DNA of 45,837 nucleotides from the NCBI RefSeq assembly GCF_001194135.2, contig NC_068999.1:12993630-13039466 (forward strand), written 5' to 3'. Position 1 is the stretch's first letter. Each line of letters opens with the position of its first letter. The notes under the pieces were generated by a model. That model made no database searches and was not told where the DNA came from. It was given only the letters and a program-made list of their open reading frames with translations. The stretch comes from Octopus bimaculoides (Eukaryota). Below are positions 9,882-23,123 of this stretch, one piece after another. A program made the translations under genes and the position numbers.

Positions 9882-12639
9882 TATATATATATATACAAAC
9901 AAAAGAATAATTGTTGCGGATGTGTACATTGAAAATTAGGAAATAATTAAAAGAACTTGATTCAACTCAAGCCTCCACCACTGGCTACACGTAAGGGCAT
10001 TATCTTTCATTACTCCAATTCTATATTACACGCTTTATTACAGACGAAACAGAGGGTACTGGGGCTTGGCTGGGAAGTTTTGCTGTAGACTCAATGTAAT
10101 ATGTGCCCAACTGTGCGGCTTCAGGATTCCATGTGTCTCATCCATTGCAAAATTCCTTCAAAAGATAGCACTTCAGCGCCGAGTACACTGAAACAATACT
10201 CATGCAAATTATTTAGCGAGGAAATCAAGATAAACCCTGAGCAGGAAATACTTGATTCGCAAGCAATATGGTAGAAGATACTTGAAAGAATAGTTATAAA
10301 TACATTTATGTTTCAAGCTTTTGAATTATTTTCCGTTAAAAGATAAAAAAAAATGACAATATGTTTGTATGTCTGCATATGTATGTATTGGCCAACTCAG
10401 TACATACACACATACATGCAAACACACGTAAACGCACACACGAGCACACATAGACACAGACATACAAGAACACACACACAGACACACACATACACACACA
10501 CACACACACAGACATACATACATATACATGTCGTAAACTTCCGCTTGTCACTGTATTACTGAAATATTTAGGACAGAGTACGACGTAGTTGTTCGGATCT
10601 GGACTATGCGGGTGTTATGCACGATTTGAGGAACATACATATAGCATTTAAAATGAAACGCCGTGCTCAAATTTCTTAATGGTTCATTCGGAAAATGACA
10701 CGAACACACTACATTCTGGTTGTGCAGTCAAGTTAATGAGTTGTCGCATAATTGTATAATTAGCACACATGCACAAACCGAGGCACATATGAATACGTTT
10801 ACAGACATTCATACATACATACATACATTCATGCATAAACGCACACACACTCTCACAAGTATGTTTGTATGTATGCATGCATGTATGTATGCATATATGT
10901 ATGTGTGCCTATATGTATGTGTGCCTATATGTATGTGTGGGTATGTATAAATAAATATGCTTCTGTGTGTGATTGTATCTTTTCTTGGATGATTCAAGCA
11001 ACCAAGTAAAAATATAATACCTCAAATAAATCTTGTTACCCAGTTTAACTCTTAACTTGAATACCTAGCTTTTTTTATACAGAAATACTACTGTCAATAG
11101 AATCCTATGTAAATTATTTGTGCAGTCGATTTTTGGCAAACGAAGAAACAATGAAGATAATGGAAGCAGCCATCATGGCGTCTAGGATTTAAAATACGCA
11201 GACTGTGTGTCTGTGATATTTAATACGTTTCAAAATATCCTTCGTCTAAGTAGATTACGATGACTATGTGATAAAATTTATCCATTTTATATATTCACAG
11301 TCAAAACTATCTTCATACGCATATTGTCTAAGTTAAGTGTCATATATATTTAACGAAACACCATATTGAGTTGGCGTATAAGATAAAATGTATAATAACA
11401 TCAATGGCATTGCATTCAATAGCACTATGTATATACAGGCCTAAATATAAATACATACATATATATNNNNNNNNNNNNNNNNNNNNNNNNNNNNNNNNNN
11501 NNNNNNNNNNNNNNNNNNNNNNNNNNNNNNNNNNNNNNNNNNNNNNNNNNNNNNNNNNNNNNNNNNNNNNNNNNNNNNNNNNNNNNNNNNNNNNNNNNNN
11601 NNNNNNNNNNNNNNNNNNNNNNNNNNNNNNNNNNNNNNNNNNNNNNNNNNNNNNNNNNNNNNNNNNNNNNNNNNNNNNNNNNNNNNNNNNNNNNNNNNNN
11701 NNNNNNNNNNNNNNNNNNNNNNNNNNNNNNNNNNNNNNNNNNNNNNNNNNNNNNNNNNNNNNNNNNNNNNNNNNNNNNNNNNNNNNNNNNNNNNNNNNNN
11801 NNNNNNNNNNNNNNNNNNNNNNNNNNNNNNNNNNNNNNNNNNNNNNNNNNNNNNNNNNNNNNNNNNNNNNNNNNNNNNNNNNNNNNNNNNNNNNNNNNNN
11901 NNNNNNNNNNNNNNNNNNNNNNNNNNNNNNNNNNNNNNNNNNNNNNNNNNNNNNNNNNNNNNNNNNNNNNNNNNNNNNNNNNNNNNNNNNNNNNNNNNNN
12001 NNNNNNNNNNNNNNNNNNNNNNNNNNNNNNNNNNNNNNNNNNNNNNNNNNNNNNNNNNNNNNNNNNNNNNNNNNNNNNNNNNNNNNNNNNNNNNNNNNNN
12101 NNNNNNNNNNNNNNNNNNNNNNNNNNNNNNNNNNNNNNNNNNNNNNNNNTGCCAGGCACTTAAGCTACAAGAATTAATCTTCTAGGAAAGGCAAACGAAC
12201 GTATATAAAAAGGAAAACAAAAACGGAAACACAAAGAAGAAAGCTTGTATTATAGACATATAATAGAACACCTTTCGGTTATACAACGGAAAGAAAATAA
12301 TTGTATATTTACGAATAGACATAAACAAACAGCACGTTATGAAATAATAATGCGAGTGCATCAGAAAAAAGAGTTATAGATATACAATGAACAAATGCCT
12401 GTCGGCTACACAACAAGAGGGAAATAATTGTACATATACAACATAAATAAAAAACAGAAAGTGTCTTTCGACTATCAGACAAATGTAGTCGGCTGGCGCA
12501 TAGGAAAAAGGGAAAATCCTAACAGACCGGACGGGAGTAGAGACGCACGTGATAAGCCTGAAAGGCGGCTGATCGAAAAATAGTGACAATGCCTTATGCG
12601 GACAGCTATCATGTGGTAGATGTGGGGAAGTGTTGAGAG

Positions 12640-12960
12640 GGTAGGGGATTAAGGAATAGGGGACAAAGGAAAAAAAAACAGAGGGACTAATGAATGAGGG
12701 GGAGGGAAAGAGTGAGGTAGAGAGAGATATAGAGAGAAGGAGAGACAGAGACAGAGACAAACGGTACAGGGGCGACAAGCAAGGAAGGAAAACAAATGGA
12801 TTGAAGAATTAGAGGGAGGAGAAGGGGATTAACGAATACCAGAGAGGAAAAATGGAATCAGAGAGATTGAGGGGAAGAGAGAGGGGGAGAAGAAGAGAGA
12901 GAGGGAGAGAGAGATGGAAGGATCAATGGAGAAAAGCAAGGAAGGGAATGAGGGAGACAG
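12640..12960 (+). repeat. Purine-rich (GA/GGA) low-complexity tract
   Basis: Strong A/G strand bias and (GA)n runs. Confidence 0.85.
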
Positions 12961-13031
12961 TCGTACATAATATTCAGGGAATATATATTTTTAACAAAGT
13001 AAACAACAGGTCGTACAGTTCGTCGCGTAGG

Positions 13032-13293
13032 TAAATCAAGGCTAAGATCGAATGAACACAACCAGCGGAAATCAACAAAACACAACGTGCGCCAAGATAG
13101 ACGATAACATAACAGATGCCAAACAGGACAAAAACAAGATACAGCGGTCAGTGACAGCCGATTTCCGGTCACCGACTGAAGAAGAAATCGGGTGCGAATG
13201 ATCCATGTCCCTTGATTTTGTCCTGTTTGACGTGTGTTATGTTATCGTCTGTTTTTCCGCTTGATATGTTCTTTCTGTCCTACACTTGATTTA
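13032..13293. repeat. Long imperfect inverted repeat (fold-back element)
   Basis: Inner arms 13099-13138 and 13211-13250 match 36/40. Outer arms 13032-13073 and 13252-13293 match roughly three quarters. The left arm has a ~25-nt insertion; the spacer is 72 nt. Confidence 0.85.
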
Positions 13294-14584
13294 TCCTTGC
13301 GGATAATGTATATGCATATGTATACACACACACTTACACACATACATACACAAGCAAAACACACACACAAACTTCTATGAGACATTTACTCGCCCTTACA
13401 TTTCATATATTTCTCTGCCAACGACAGAATCGAAAACATGGGGAACGTGCAAATATGAAGAATAGTACAAGATATATACGCTAAATATGGCATTACCCTC
13501 GAAAACACCAACGTCTTGTTTGCCCTCATACTAACCGTTGGTTGTTGAATAGGTCAATATTAGGTTTAAAGTAATGATTTGTTGTCTTGGCTGAAAGTTC
13601 CTTCTAATAATATCCCAATTTAAGTGATGGCATACAAACATTAAACGAAAAAAAACAGTCATCTCGATAATTTTCCTGTCTTGAAAAGGTAGTAATCTGC
13701 TCTATAGTGATGACTAGTTATCACCCCTTTTTCTATCATATACATATGGTGGGTTGGAAATAATCAATAACACTTAACAGCAGGTGTATTGTGGAAAGCG
13801 TTGTGATTTACATACAGATTGTACGTTTGGATACGGACATTTCTCGCTATCATTTTAAATCATATATATAATTTCATATCATTATCCCTGATTACAAATA
13901 TTATATATGAATCGGTAGTGATAAAATCAGGTATTTCTAAATGCATTAAATATTTATATCCAGCTATGCTACATTACATCTATACCGTTGTTTCAAAAAT
14001 ATATTTTATTAAATTAAAACTGTGTAGCAAGTATTAATTAGAAGTGTTTCAATGACGATGGATTTACCAATACTTGCATAAATTATTGATAGAGACATTG
14101 TTATCAGGAACACTTTACAAACGATTCCGTCGACGCACATACTAGGTGCATCAGTGATGTATTCGAGTAATAATTATATGATATTAAAGCGAATACTATA
14201 TTTATTCTAACTGTATGAAATACTTCGAGGAAATTAACGTTAAGCGCATCAAATAGAATTATTAATAATTGTATTAGTCTGAGCATATCACTGATAAATA
14301 TAGGGAAGAATTTCAATATTCCATTAAATGAGATATGTTACAAGAAGCAAACGTGAAAATGATTTCAATACAGTACATAACACATGTAGTTAGATATTTC
14401 CAGAAAAAAAAGACGAATATGCAGATAAAAAAGACTTAATCAATAAATAAAAGAAAATAGTTTATTATACGCAAAATAGTAGTAGTAGTAGTAGTAGTAG
14501 TAGTAAATTGCGTAGGTTTCCATGTGGTTTTCAGTAATAATAGTGCATTCTATTATATTTACAAGGCCTGCCTTTATGAAGGAG

Positions 14585-14749
14585 TGGGTAATTGGATTAC
14601 ATCAAACCCCAAAATTAAACTGCTGTCCATTTTATGAACACCGAAATTATGAAGGGCAGCATCGACTTCGGTTGAATTTGAACTCAGAATGGGAAGACGA
14701 ACGAAATGCTGCTATTGAATTCTTTACAACGTGCTAAATATTCTGCCAA
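14585..14749 (-). mobile_element. tRNA-derived SINE, cluster copy 1
   Basis: GAATTTGAACTC (B-box GAGTTCAAATTC on the minus strand) at 14674-14685; flanks homologous to 22382-22575. Confidence 0.75.
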
Positions 14750-14754
14750 TATTA

Positions 14755-14885
14755 GACTGGTGTTTATTTTTTCGAACCTAAAAGAAAGAGACGTTAAGTC
14801 CACCTTTCAACTCATAACGTAAAAACAAACAAAATGTTGCTAAGCATTTTGCATATCATGCTAACGTTACATTAGCAGGTCGCCT
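14755..14885 (-). mobile_element. tRNA-derived SINE, cluster copy 2 (degenerate)
   Basis: AACTCATAACGTAAAAAC...GCTAAGCATTTTGC...GCTAAC...GTCGCCT matches the same family. Confidence 0.6.
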
Positions 14886-14965
14886 AGGTTTATATTAATA
14901 TTGGATTTAATTGTGGCACAAGGCAAGTTTTCCGTTCATTACGTCAACACAAAAGCTCAACTAGC

Positions 14966-15110
14966 AATTATTTTATCAAACCGGAGATTATGTAACACAA
15001 AATCTACCACGGGTGGGGAGGGGGCTTGAACTCAGAACATAAATGCTATTAAGCATTTTGTCCTGGCCTGCAGGGTTCCACATAATCAACAGCTCCCCTA
15101 CCCAGGAGTT
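14966..15110 (-). mobile_element. tRNA-derived SINE, cluster copy 3 (degenerate)
   Basis: TTTTATCAAACC...TTGAACTCAGAACATAAA...TAAGCATTTTGTCC. Confidence 0.5.
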
Positions 15111-15368
15111 CTTGGGACTTTTGACTAAAGTAGAAATCATTATTATTAACCCTACTACTAATATGAATAATATAATCAGCATCGACGATATCTTTGTATT
15201 CGTTACATATACGAGAGGCATGCGTAACCATTTTGACAATTTAAAGGAATTCCTTCATAGAGCACGTCAAAGTTTCAGCGGATAATCGGTAAGCGAAGAG
15301 CTTAGATTGACAGACACTAACACGTAGGTTGGTTTATCCTTTCACCACGTGAGTAAACTTATTTATTT

Positions 15369-15533
15369 GGCGCAGGACTGGCTGTGTGGTAAGTAGCTTA
15401 CTTACCAACCACATGGTTCCGGATTTAGTCCCACTGCGTGGCACCTTGGGTATGTGTCTTCTACTATAGCCTCGGGCCGACCAAAGCCTTGTGAGTGGAT
15501 TCGGTAGAAGGAAACTGAAAGAAGCCCGTCGTA
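15369..15533 (+). mobile_element. tRNA-derived SINE (second family), running into a gap
   Basis: GGCGCAGGAC-TGGCTGTGTGG (A-box-like), GGATTTAGTCCC (B-box-like), then CACCTTGGG...CTACTATAGCCTCGGGCCGACCAAAGCCTTGTGAGTGG, recalled as a common octopus SINE body. Confidence 0.85.
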
Positions 15534-16336
15534 NNNNNNNNNNNNNNNNNNNNNNNNNNNNNNNNNNNNNNNNNNNNNNNNNNNNNNNNNNNNNNNNNNN
15601 NNNNNNNNNNNNNNNNNNNNNNNNNNNNNNNNNNNNNNNNNNNNNNNNNNNNNNNNNNNNNNNNNNNNNNNNNNNNNNNNNNNNNNNNNNNNNNNNNNNN
15701 NNNNNNNNNNNNNNNNNNNNNNNNNNNNNNNNNNNNNNNNNNNNNNNNNNNNNNNNNNNNNNNNNNNNNNNNNNNNNNNNNNNNNNNNNNNNNNNNNNNN
15801 NNNNNNNNNNNNNNNNNNNNNNNNNNNNNNNNNNNNNNNNNNNNNNNNNNNNNNNNNNNNNNNNNNNNNNNNNNNNNNNNNNNNNNNNNNNNNNNNNNNN
15901 NNNNNNNNNNNNNNNNNNNNNNNNNNNNNNNNNNNNNNNNNNNNNNNNNNNNNNNNNNNNNNNNNNNNNNNNNNNNNNNNNNNNNNNNNNNNNNNNNNNN
16001 NNNNNNNNNNNNNNNNNNNNNNNNNNNNNNNNNNNNNNNNNNNNNNNNNNNNNNNNNNNNNNNNNNNNNNNNNNNNNNNNNNNNNNNNNNNNNNNNNNNN
16101 NNNNNNNNNNNNNNNNNNNNNNNNNNNNNNNNNNNNNNNNNNNNNNNNNNNNNNNNNNNNNNNNNNNNNNNNNNNNNNNNNNNNNNNNNNNNNNNNNNNN
16201 NNNNNNNNNNNNNNNNNNNNNNNNNNNNNNNNNNNNNNNNNNNNNNNNNNNNNNNNNNNNNNNNNNNNNNNNNNNNNNNNNNNNNNNNNNNNNNNNNGGG
16301 AGGGAAAGAAGGTGCGGTACAATGAGAAAAACAAAC

Positions 16337-16418
16337 TGAAGAAGAAGAAGAAGAAGAAGGAGAAGAAGAAGAAGAAGAAGAAGAAGAAGAAGAAGAAGAA
16401 GAAGAAGAATAAGAAGAA
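16337..16418. repeat. (GAA)n microsatellite
   Basis: Directly visible; explains the poly-K ORF. Confidence 0.97.
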
Positions 16419-18083
16419 ACATTCCTGTGAAACAAATGGTGTTAATATCTCCTTAAACCGAACACCGAATCTAAAATTTCAGAGTTGGAGATAGACAAAG
16501 TGTAATTTGTCACAAAGCGAGCATAGCATTTTTACGCACAGTGCGGCCATCCTGAGGGAAATATTTATTCAGGAATATGACATGTGGCTGACACAATAAA
16601 GTCACAAGGCTTTTTCATTTGTAGAAATATCTAAGGAAATTACAGAAAATACTAAAACTAAAAAGATCAGTTGACGATGCTCTGTTGTCAGATGTGTTAG
16701 TCAGATAATGTAAGATCATCTTCACAAGCTCACTGAATTGACAAATTTTAAAAAATACAATCAAAACTATAAAACGTAAATGAAAATATGACAACGTTTA
16801 AGAAAAATAATATCTGAAACTGAGATGTGCAAAGAACTAAAGAATTGAACAGGTATCGGCCTTCTTTGAAGCGACAGAATTCTTTCGCTGGAAAATAATT
16901 CACGATTGTATAGCGTTCTTACATAAGAAATATATAGTTATTCAGATACTTAATGAAAACAGACCCGAATATCAATGTAACTATATTATACGAAAGTATA
17001 TAGATTCAAATGTCATTATAATTGAATTATTGTAAGAGAGTATTCCTTCACACTGGTTCTTGTAGAAATACGATTATTGGAGCAAAAATACTCAACCCAA
17101 AACACAAGAAAACGAATAGACAAGAAGACCTGAAACTAAACTTGCATGAAATAAAAAAAAAAAAATTAAACCTTGAACGAAATCATTTACAAAAGGAAGT
17201 GAGAGAACATGCAAAGAGAAATGCATCTGAAATGAATACATCTATGTGCCAACATTTTTTGCTAAATTATTTATGTTTCGCAGAAATATACCAACATGAA
17301 AATTGCTTACATATTAAGAAACTTCACTCAACAAGACAAGTTAATAAAACTACATACGACGTTGTGCATAAAGCGTGTTGAATCCAACAAATCACTTAGT
17401 ACATAGTAAAATTTATTCGTAATTCCTTGATGGTCCTTGTGGATTCAAACTGATTTTCAATAAGTTGGTGTATATCTTCTTTTCATAAGAACCAGGAGAT
17501 GAATTTCAAAAACGCTCTCAATGATACTTGAATTTACATGAAAGTGTTGCTCAGAGTTATATCAGAAAGGAATTTGCTTATCATTTCATACGAATAATAT
17601 ATCACCATTTTTCATCGAAATGAAACATAGAGGTTCTTTATTGTCTAATAATTCTATGTTTGCTTTTGGATTCTTTAAGAAAAAAGCAAACAACATTAAA
17701 CAGATTCATAGCTATCAGAAGGGTAGCATGAAGACTTTCATGTATTGCACACTTCACAGACATTAAAATGAATGAAACATACCGATTGGAAGAATGTCAT
17801 TTTCTTGAATCCAAGCGTTGTGATAACAATAGAAAGCTTTAGATAGCTTTCAATGATTTCATTTTATGTTACTTGCGTAAATGATTTCCTTTTCGAATGG
17901 TATAATGCCGCTGATTAAATGTATGAAAGCGATCAAATATTATATCACTTCCATTCTGAGCATGTTTCGAAAAAAAATTAACTCAGCTATTCTTAACCCT
18001 TTGTAATTTTTGTTTAGAAGCATTTTGAAAGTGGAGTAGACAATATGAATATATTCCTACCTTAGTTAAAAAAGATAAAACTT

Positions 18084-18775
18084 AATTTATGGTCTAATTC
18101 GTTGCAAGTTCTGGACTGGTTTAGTTCTATTAATAACACGAAGTACACTAAGTTTATCCAATACAGTTCTATATTTAAGAGATGAGGAATTATTTACCTT
18201 ATTTACGTTATTTACGTTTGACGGATATTTCTCCTCAACAAGATGAGGAGAAATATACGTCAAATGTAAATAATGTAAATAAGTTTATCCATTTTGACAT
18301 TCCTAGTTTCCATTCCTCTATCAACCCAATAGTACTTAAGAAGACACTCCGGCTCACTCACAACAAAACAGGTGTCACCAGGGATGAAAATAATGTCGTG
18401 TTAGCAGCCAGGAAAAAAAAAAAACAATTATTAATTTTGATAACAATCTATGGGTTCGTAAAATTACACTCGACAATTTTGATATCAAGATTGGAATTTC
18501 TGTTTCAGCACAAATGGTCGGTATATATAACCTTTATGAGATGGCTGACCAATTCCCAAACATCAATGGAGGTTTATATCATGATGATTGTCTACTCTAC
18601 CTTCAAAATGCTTCTAACCAAAAATTACGAAGGTTTCAGAAGAGTTTAGTAATTTTTTTTCGAAACATAGGCATAAGTATTTTTTTATGATGATGTAACT
18701 AAAGCCAACTACTTGGATACTACCGTTAACCTGCATAATGATACAAATTTCTCATATCATAATCACTCAACTAAT
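18084..18775 (+). pseudogene. Penelope-like element reverse transcriptase fragment, interrupted and frameshifted
   Basis: NLWSNSLQVLDWFSSINNTKYTKFIH [insertion] FDIPSFHSSI... A frameshift at the A-run near 18412 leads to FDNNLWVRK..NFDIKIG..GGLYHDDCLLYLQNAS (YxDD at 18577-18588), then YLDTTVNL. Motif order fits a PLE-type RT. Confidence 0.85.
18161..18279. mobile_element. 119-bp fold-back PLE-terminus insertion with a 12-bp TSD
   Basis: TAAGTTTATCCA occurs at 18149-18160 and 18280-18291. The 39-bp arms 18199-18237 and 18244-18282 surround a 6-nt loop. Removing the insert and one TSD copy restores the RT frame. Confidence 0.9.
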
Positions 18776-18950
18776 TTAAAAGATATTAGTTCTTTCAGTA
18801 ATCGCTTCTTTATTGTTTGTTTCTTTTTTACTTTCTGGAGGAGTCAAATAAATCCTATAAATATTGCCAAAATAAAGTAGATTGCCAAGTTTATTTTGAA
18901 CCTGTGGAAGACGCACTAGATGTCGAAATATTGTTCATTTAACAGTCGCA

Positions 18951-19150
<200 letters not shown>

Positions 19151-19600
19151 AATAGAGGTGAGCTACATCAATTGTTCTGCTCAATATCACAGATTTGCGT
19201 GTCCGTTGCTTGACCTTAACTAGTTAGGCATGGCCCTTGGTGGCTGACAATGTGTGCATTTATGATCACTAGCAGAAGTAGTGGGGAAGATTCATAGGCA
19301 TATTTTCCGAGGAATTATTTGGGATTTGAATAAATCATACCTGAAAACGTGGGTGTTTCGTTCAACATCCTTAAACGACATGTATTATGAGACCTTTCAA
19401 ATTAGATGGGCTACTCGAGGTGAAAAGAATTTCTAATTGGGCCCCACCTGAAAGCTCATGCGATGCTTATCTTGAAATGATAACACCATGTCACGTTTGT
19501 GTGCTGTGCCCTTCTCAGACGTGTAATCATGATGTAATACTGGACTTCGTATATTTGTACCCCAGTGTCACAAAGATTACATGTGCTCATCTCTCATTCA
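19151..19600 (+). mobile_element. ~450-bp interspersed repeat bounded by (AAT)n, homologous to the body of the 30086-30733 element
   Basis: Collinear shared blocks with 30143-30535: CCCTTGGTGGCTGA, AGCAGAAGTA, TTCTAA(T/C)TGGGCCCCA, TTATCTTGA and CTTCGTATATTT..ACCCCAGTGTCAC. Confidence 0.85.
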
Positions 19601-21815
19601 ATAATAATAATAATTATTATTATTATTGTATATATATAATAATAACTATATATGAGATGTGTGGGCATGTACGTGTATGTATATATATATATATATATAT
19701 ATNNNNNNNNNNNNNNNNNNNNNNNNNNNNNNNNNNNNNNNNNNNNNNNNNNNNNNNNNNNNNNNNNNNNNNNNNNNNNNNNNNNNNNNNNNNNNNNNNN
19801 NNNNNNNNNNNNNNNNNNNNNNNNNNNNNNNNNNNNNNNNNNNNNNNNNNNNNNNNNNNNNNNNNNNNNNNNNNNNNNNNNNNNNNNNNNNNNNNNNNNN
19901 NNNNNNNNNNNNNNNNNNNNNNNNNNNNNNNNNNNNNNNNNNNNNNNNNNNNNNNNNNNNNNNNNNNNNNNNNNNNNNNNNNNNNNNNNNNNNNNNNNNN
20001 NNNNNNNNNNNNNNNNNNNNNNNNNNNNNNNNNNNNNNNNNNNNNNNNNNNNNNNNNNNNNNNNNNNNNNNNNNNNNNNNNNNNNNNNNNNNNNNNNNNN
20101 NNNNTATGTAATTATTACTATTTATATTGTTATTAATATTATAGTCTTCATTTTTTCTTGCAATCATTATCATTATAAGTATGTCGGATATAAACAGGAA
20201 GTATTAAATTACCGTCAACTGTATCGTGTTGGTCGCTGTTATAGCAATATTGAACATACACCATCAAAATTGTCCTGAGAATCAATAAAAAAAACATTTG
20301 CGTATCATCCGATACAAAAGTTTAAATTACGGTCCATCGAATTTCGTTAGTTAGTGTAAAATATGAAGAAACTGCTTATAAGATTAAAAACAGCAACGCT
20401 TTAAGATAAGTATGAAATAAATATCATGTGTATTCTGAAGTACGTTTTTTTGGGGGGGAAATATTTTTTTTCAGCAGCATTACATGATATACTCTATATT
20501 TCTTAGACATTTTCTTAGAATTCCATCTCAAATCTGAAAATATACATCAGTACACTTAATGGAAGCCTAATATAAGGCGATACTATAAGATATACAAGGA
20601 AATTAACGAGATAGAGTGGAAGATCTAGAGCGAACCATATATAGTGAAAATTACGAATATGTTCCAACTTACATGGAACACGTTTCAAATGGGGATGTGC
20701 AATGTAAGTTACAAAATGAGGTATTTAATAGACAAAAAATAAGTAAATGATAATACAATGAAAAGCATAAATATCCTTAAATTGGTAAAGAATTACGGTT
20801 AATGCCAACAGACATTATATGCAGCTATCTTGCATTTTAATATTTATGTTCTTCGGTTTCAAAGTGAAACATTATTATAAATATATATTTATGGTTGTGC
20901 GTTGACATATATGTATTTGTATTTTTATCTATCCAGGTGTCTATTTAAGTATGCATGTATACAGGTGTGTGCATCTGAGCGTGTGTATATGTATATATAT
21001 ATGTATAAATATCGTTGAAATTTCCAGAAAAAACAAAAGACGAAAGCACGTATATGAACAGCAAGCAGGTATACTAGTTTCAGAAAATGAGAAAGTATGT
21101 TACGTTTCTAGCCTACAACCGCAAGGAATATGAGAAAATAATGAGAGAGAGAGAATTAAAAAAAAATGTAGATTTAACAATCAATCATGGCGATTAATCT
21201 TATCTGNNNNNNNNNNNNNNNNNNNNNNNNNNNNNNNNNNNNNNNNNNNNNNNNNNNNNNNNNNNNNNNNNNNNNNNNNNNNNNNNNNNNNNNNNNNNNN
21301 NNNNNNNNNNNNNNNNNNNNNNNNNNNNNNNNNNNNNNNNNNNNNNNNNNNNNNNNNNNNNNNNNNNNNNNNNNNNNNNNNNNNNNNNNNNNNNNNNNNN
21401 NNNNNNNNNNNNNNNNNNNNNNNNNNNNNNNNNNNNNNNNNNNNNNNNNNNNNNNNNNNNNNNNNNNNNNNNNNNNNNNNNNNNNNNNNNNNNNNNNNNN
21501 NNNNNNNNNNNNNNNNNNNNNNNNNNNNNNNNNNNNNNNNNNNNNNNNNNNNNNNNNNNNNNNNNNNNNNNNNNNNNNNNNNNNNNNNNNNNNNNNNNNN
21601 NNNNNNNNNNNNNNNNNNNNNNNNNNNNNNNNNNNNNNNNNNNNNNNNNNNNNNNNNNNNNNNNNNNNNNNNNNNNNNNNNNNNNNNNNNNNNNNNNNNN
21701 NNNNNNNNNNNNNNNNNNNNNNNNNNNNNNNNNNNNNNNNNNNNNNNNNNNNNNNNNNNNNNNNNNNNNNNNNNNNNNNNNNNNNNNNNNNNNNNNNNNN
21801 NNNNNNNNNNNNNNN

Positions 21816-21878
<63 letters not shown>

Positions 21879-22381
21879 TGTGTGCCTGTGTCTGTTCGTG
21901 CATGTGTGTATTAAAGGAAATAGAAACATAGATGAATGAAAATATATAAATTGAATGAATAACTGAATGTATACAAACAATTATCTTTCGAGAACTGTCA
22001 TTGAAATTGTAATGAAAGGAAAACTTAATACTTTAAAGAAAATTCACTACGGAGAAACACTGGTGACGTTTTTCGAAGTTTGTGCAGTAAGTTTAAGGAC
22101 GTCCTGGGAAACACAGAAAAAGGATTGAAATGGATGCTAATGTTAAAACATGGTTTCATTTCTGGTTCAGACGTAAAAGGAATAATTTATTTGGGCCGAA
22201 ACAGAGGCGATAATCTGCTCGTTGTTACCTCCAAATTAAGCTTTGGGTATCGACAAAAATGGATATGAGAGACGGGTTACGCAAAAGTACATGGTAAAGA
22301 TGTTGAAACTGTATTAATCGAAGAGGTAGGTATATCGTAGTAGTGTTTTATATTCGTGGGTATATAACTTCCATTCTAACA

Positions 22382-22575
22382 ATCTTTTCTAATCTAGGCA
22401 CACAACCTGATATTTTTGGAAGACGTGCTAGTCGATTAGATCGACCCCAGTACACACCTGATACTTAATTTATCAACCCAGAAAGGATGAAATGCGAAGT
22501 CGACCTGGGCGGAATTTGAACTCACGACATAGCGACGGGTGAAATACCACTATGCATTTCGTCAATATTGTTAAC
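22382..22575 (-). mobile_element. tRNA-derived SINE (best-preserved copy of the first family)
   Basis: GTCGATTAGATCGACCCCAGTA...AATTTATC...GTCGACCTGGGCGGAATTTGAACTC; B-box on the minus strand at 22511-22523. Confidence 0.85.
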
Positions 22576-22626
22576 TCTCCGCATCTCACTATATATATAT
22601 ATATATAATACTAATAATAATTTTAC

Positions 22627-22695
22627 CGTAAAGACAGATGAAATACCGCTAAGGATGTCGCCCGGCGTGCTAATGTGTCTACCTGTTCGTTGACT
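22627..22695 (-). mobile_element. 5' head fragment of the same SINE family
   Basis: CGTAAAGACAGATGAAATACCGCTAAG...CGCCCGGCGTGCTAA. Confidence 0.7.
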
Positions 22696-23046
22696 TAACA
22701 TTCATTCTGATATTGACTTCATAATGTTATCGGAATCCTTCTGAAGTACTACGTATATAATCAAACCAGTAACAGATGTGTGCAGACGTTTCCGTTATAG
22801 AACTACACACATACATAAAAAAACAGCTCGCACACAATGCACACAACACACTCACTCACATACTCACACGCGCACACACACGCACACACACCCATTCATA
22901 AACACACACACACATATATATCGTGCAGCATTCAATACGGTTTCAATTATAAAGTTATGTTTCCATTTCTGTACGTATTGTCTTTGTACCGTGCTATATA
23001 GTACGTCCTTATTAAGAAATCGTGTAACACACACAGACAGAAATAT

Positions 23047-23123
23047 ATGTATGTATGTATTTATGCATGTATGTATGTATGTATGTATGTATGTATGTAT
23101 GTATGTATGTATATATGTATGTG
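23047..23123. repeat. (TATG)n microsatellite
   Basis: Directly visible. Confidence 0.95.

Noticed and set aside
12455-12490. Minus-strand CTGATAGTCGAAAGACAC as an HHR
   Set aside because: No CUGANGA box, no stem II, and the pairing geometry is wrong.
17022-17381. 119-aa ORF upstream of the PLE RT fragment
   Set aside because: Lys/Asn-rich with A-runs, and no PLE or host motif recognised.
22029-22320. 79-codon open frame with nearby GTAAGT and GTAGGT donors
   Set aside because: An in-frame stop precedes the stronger distal donor, and no family is recognisable.
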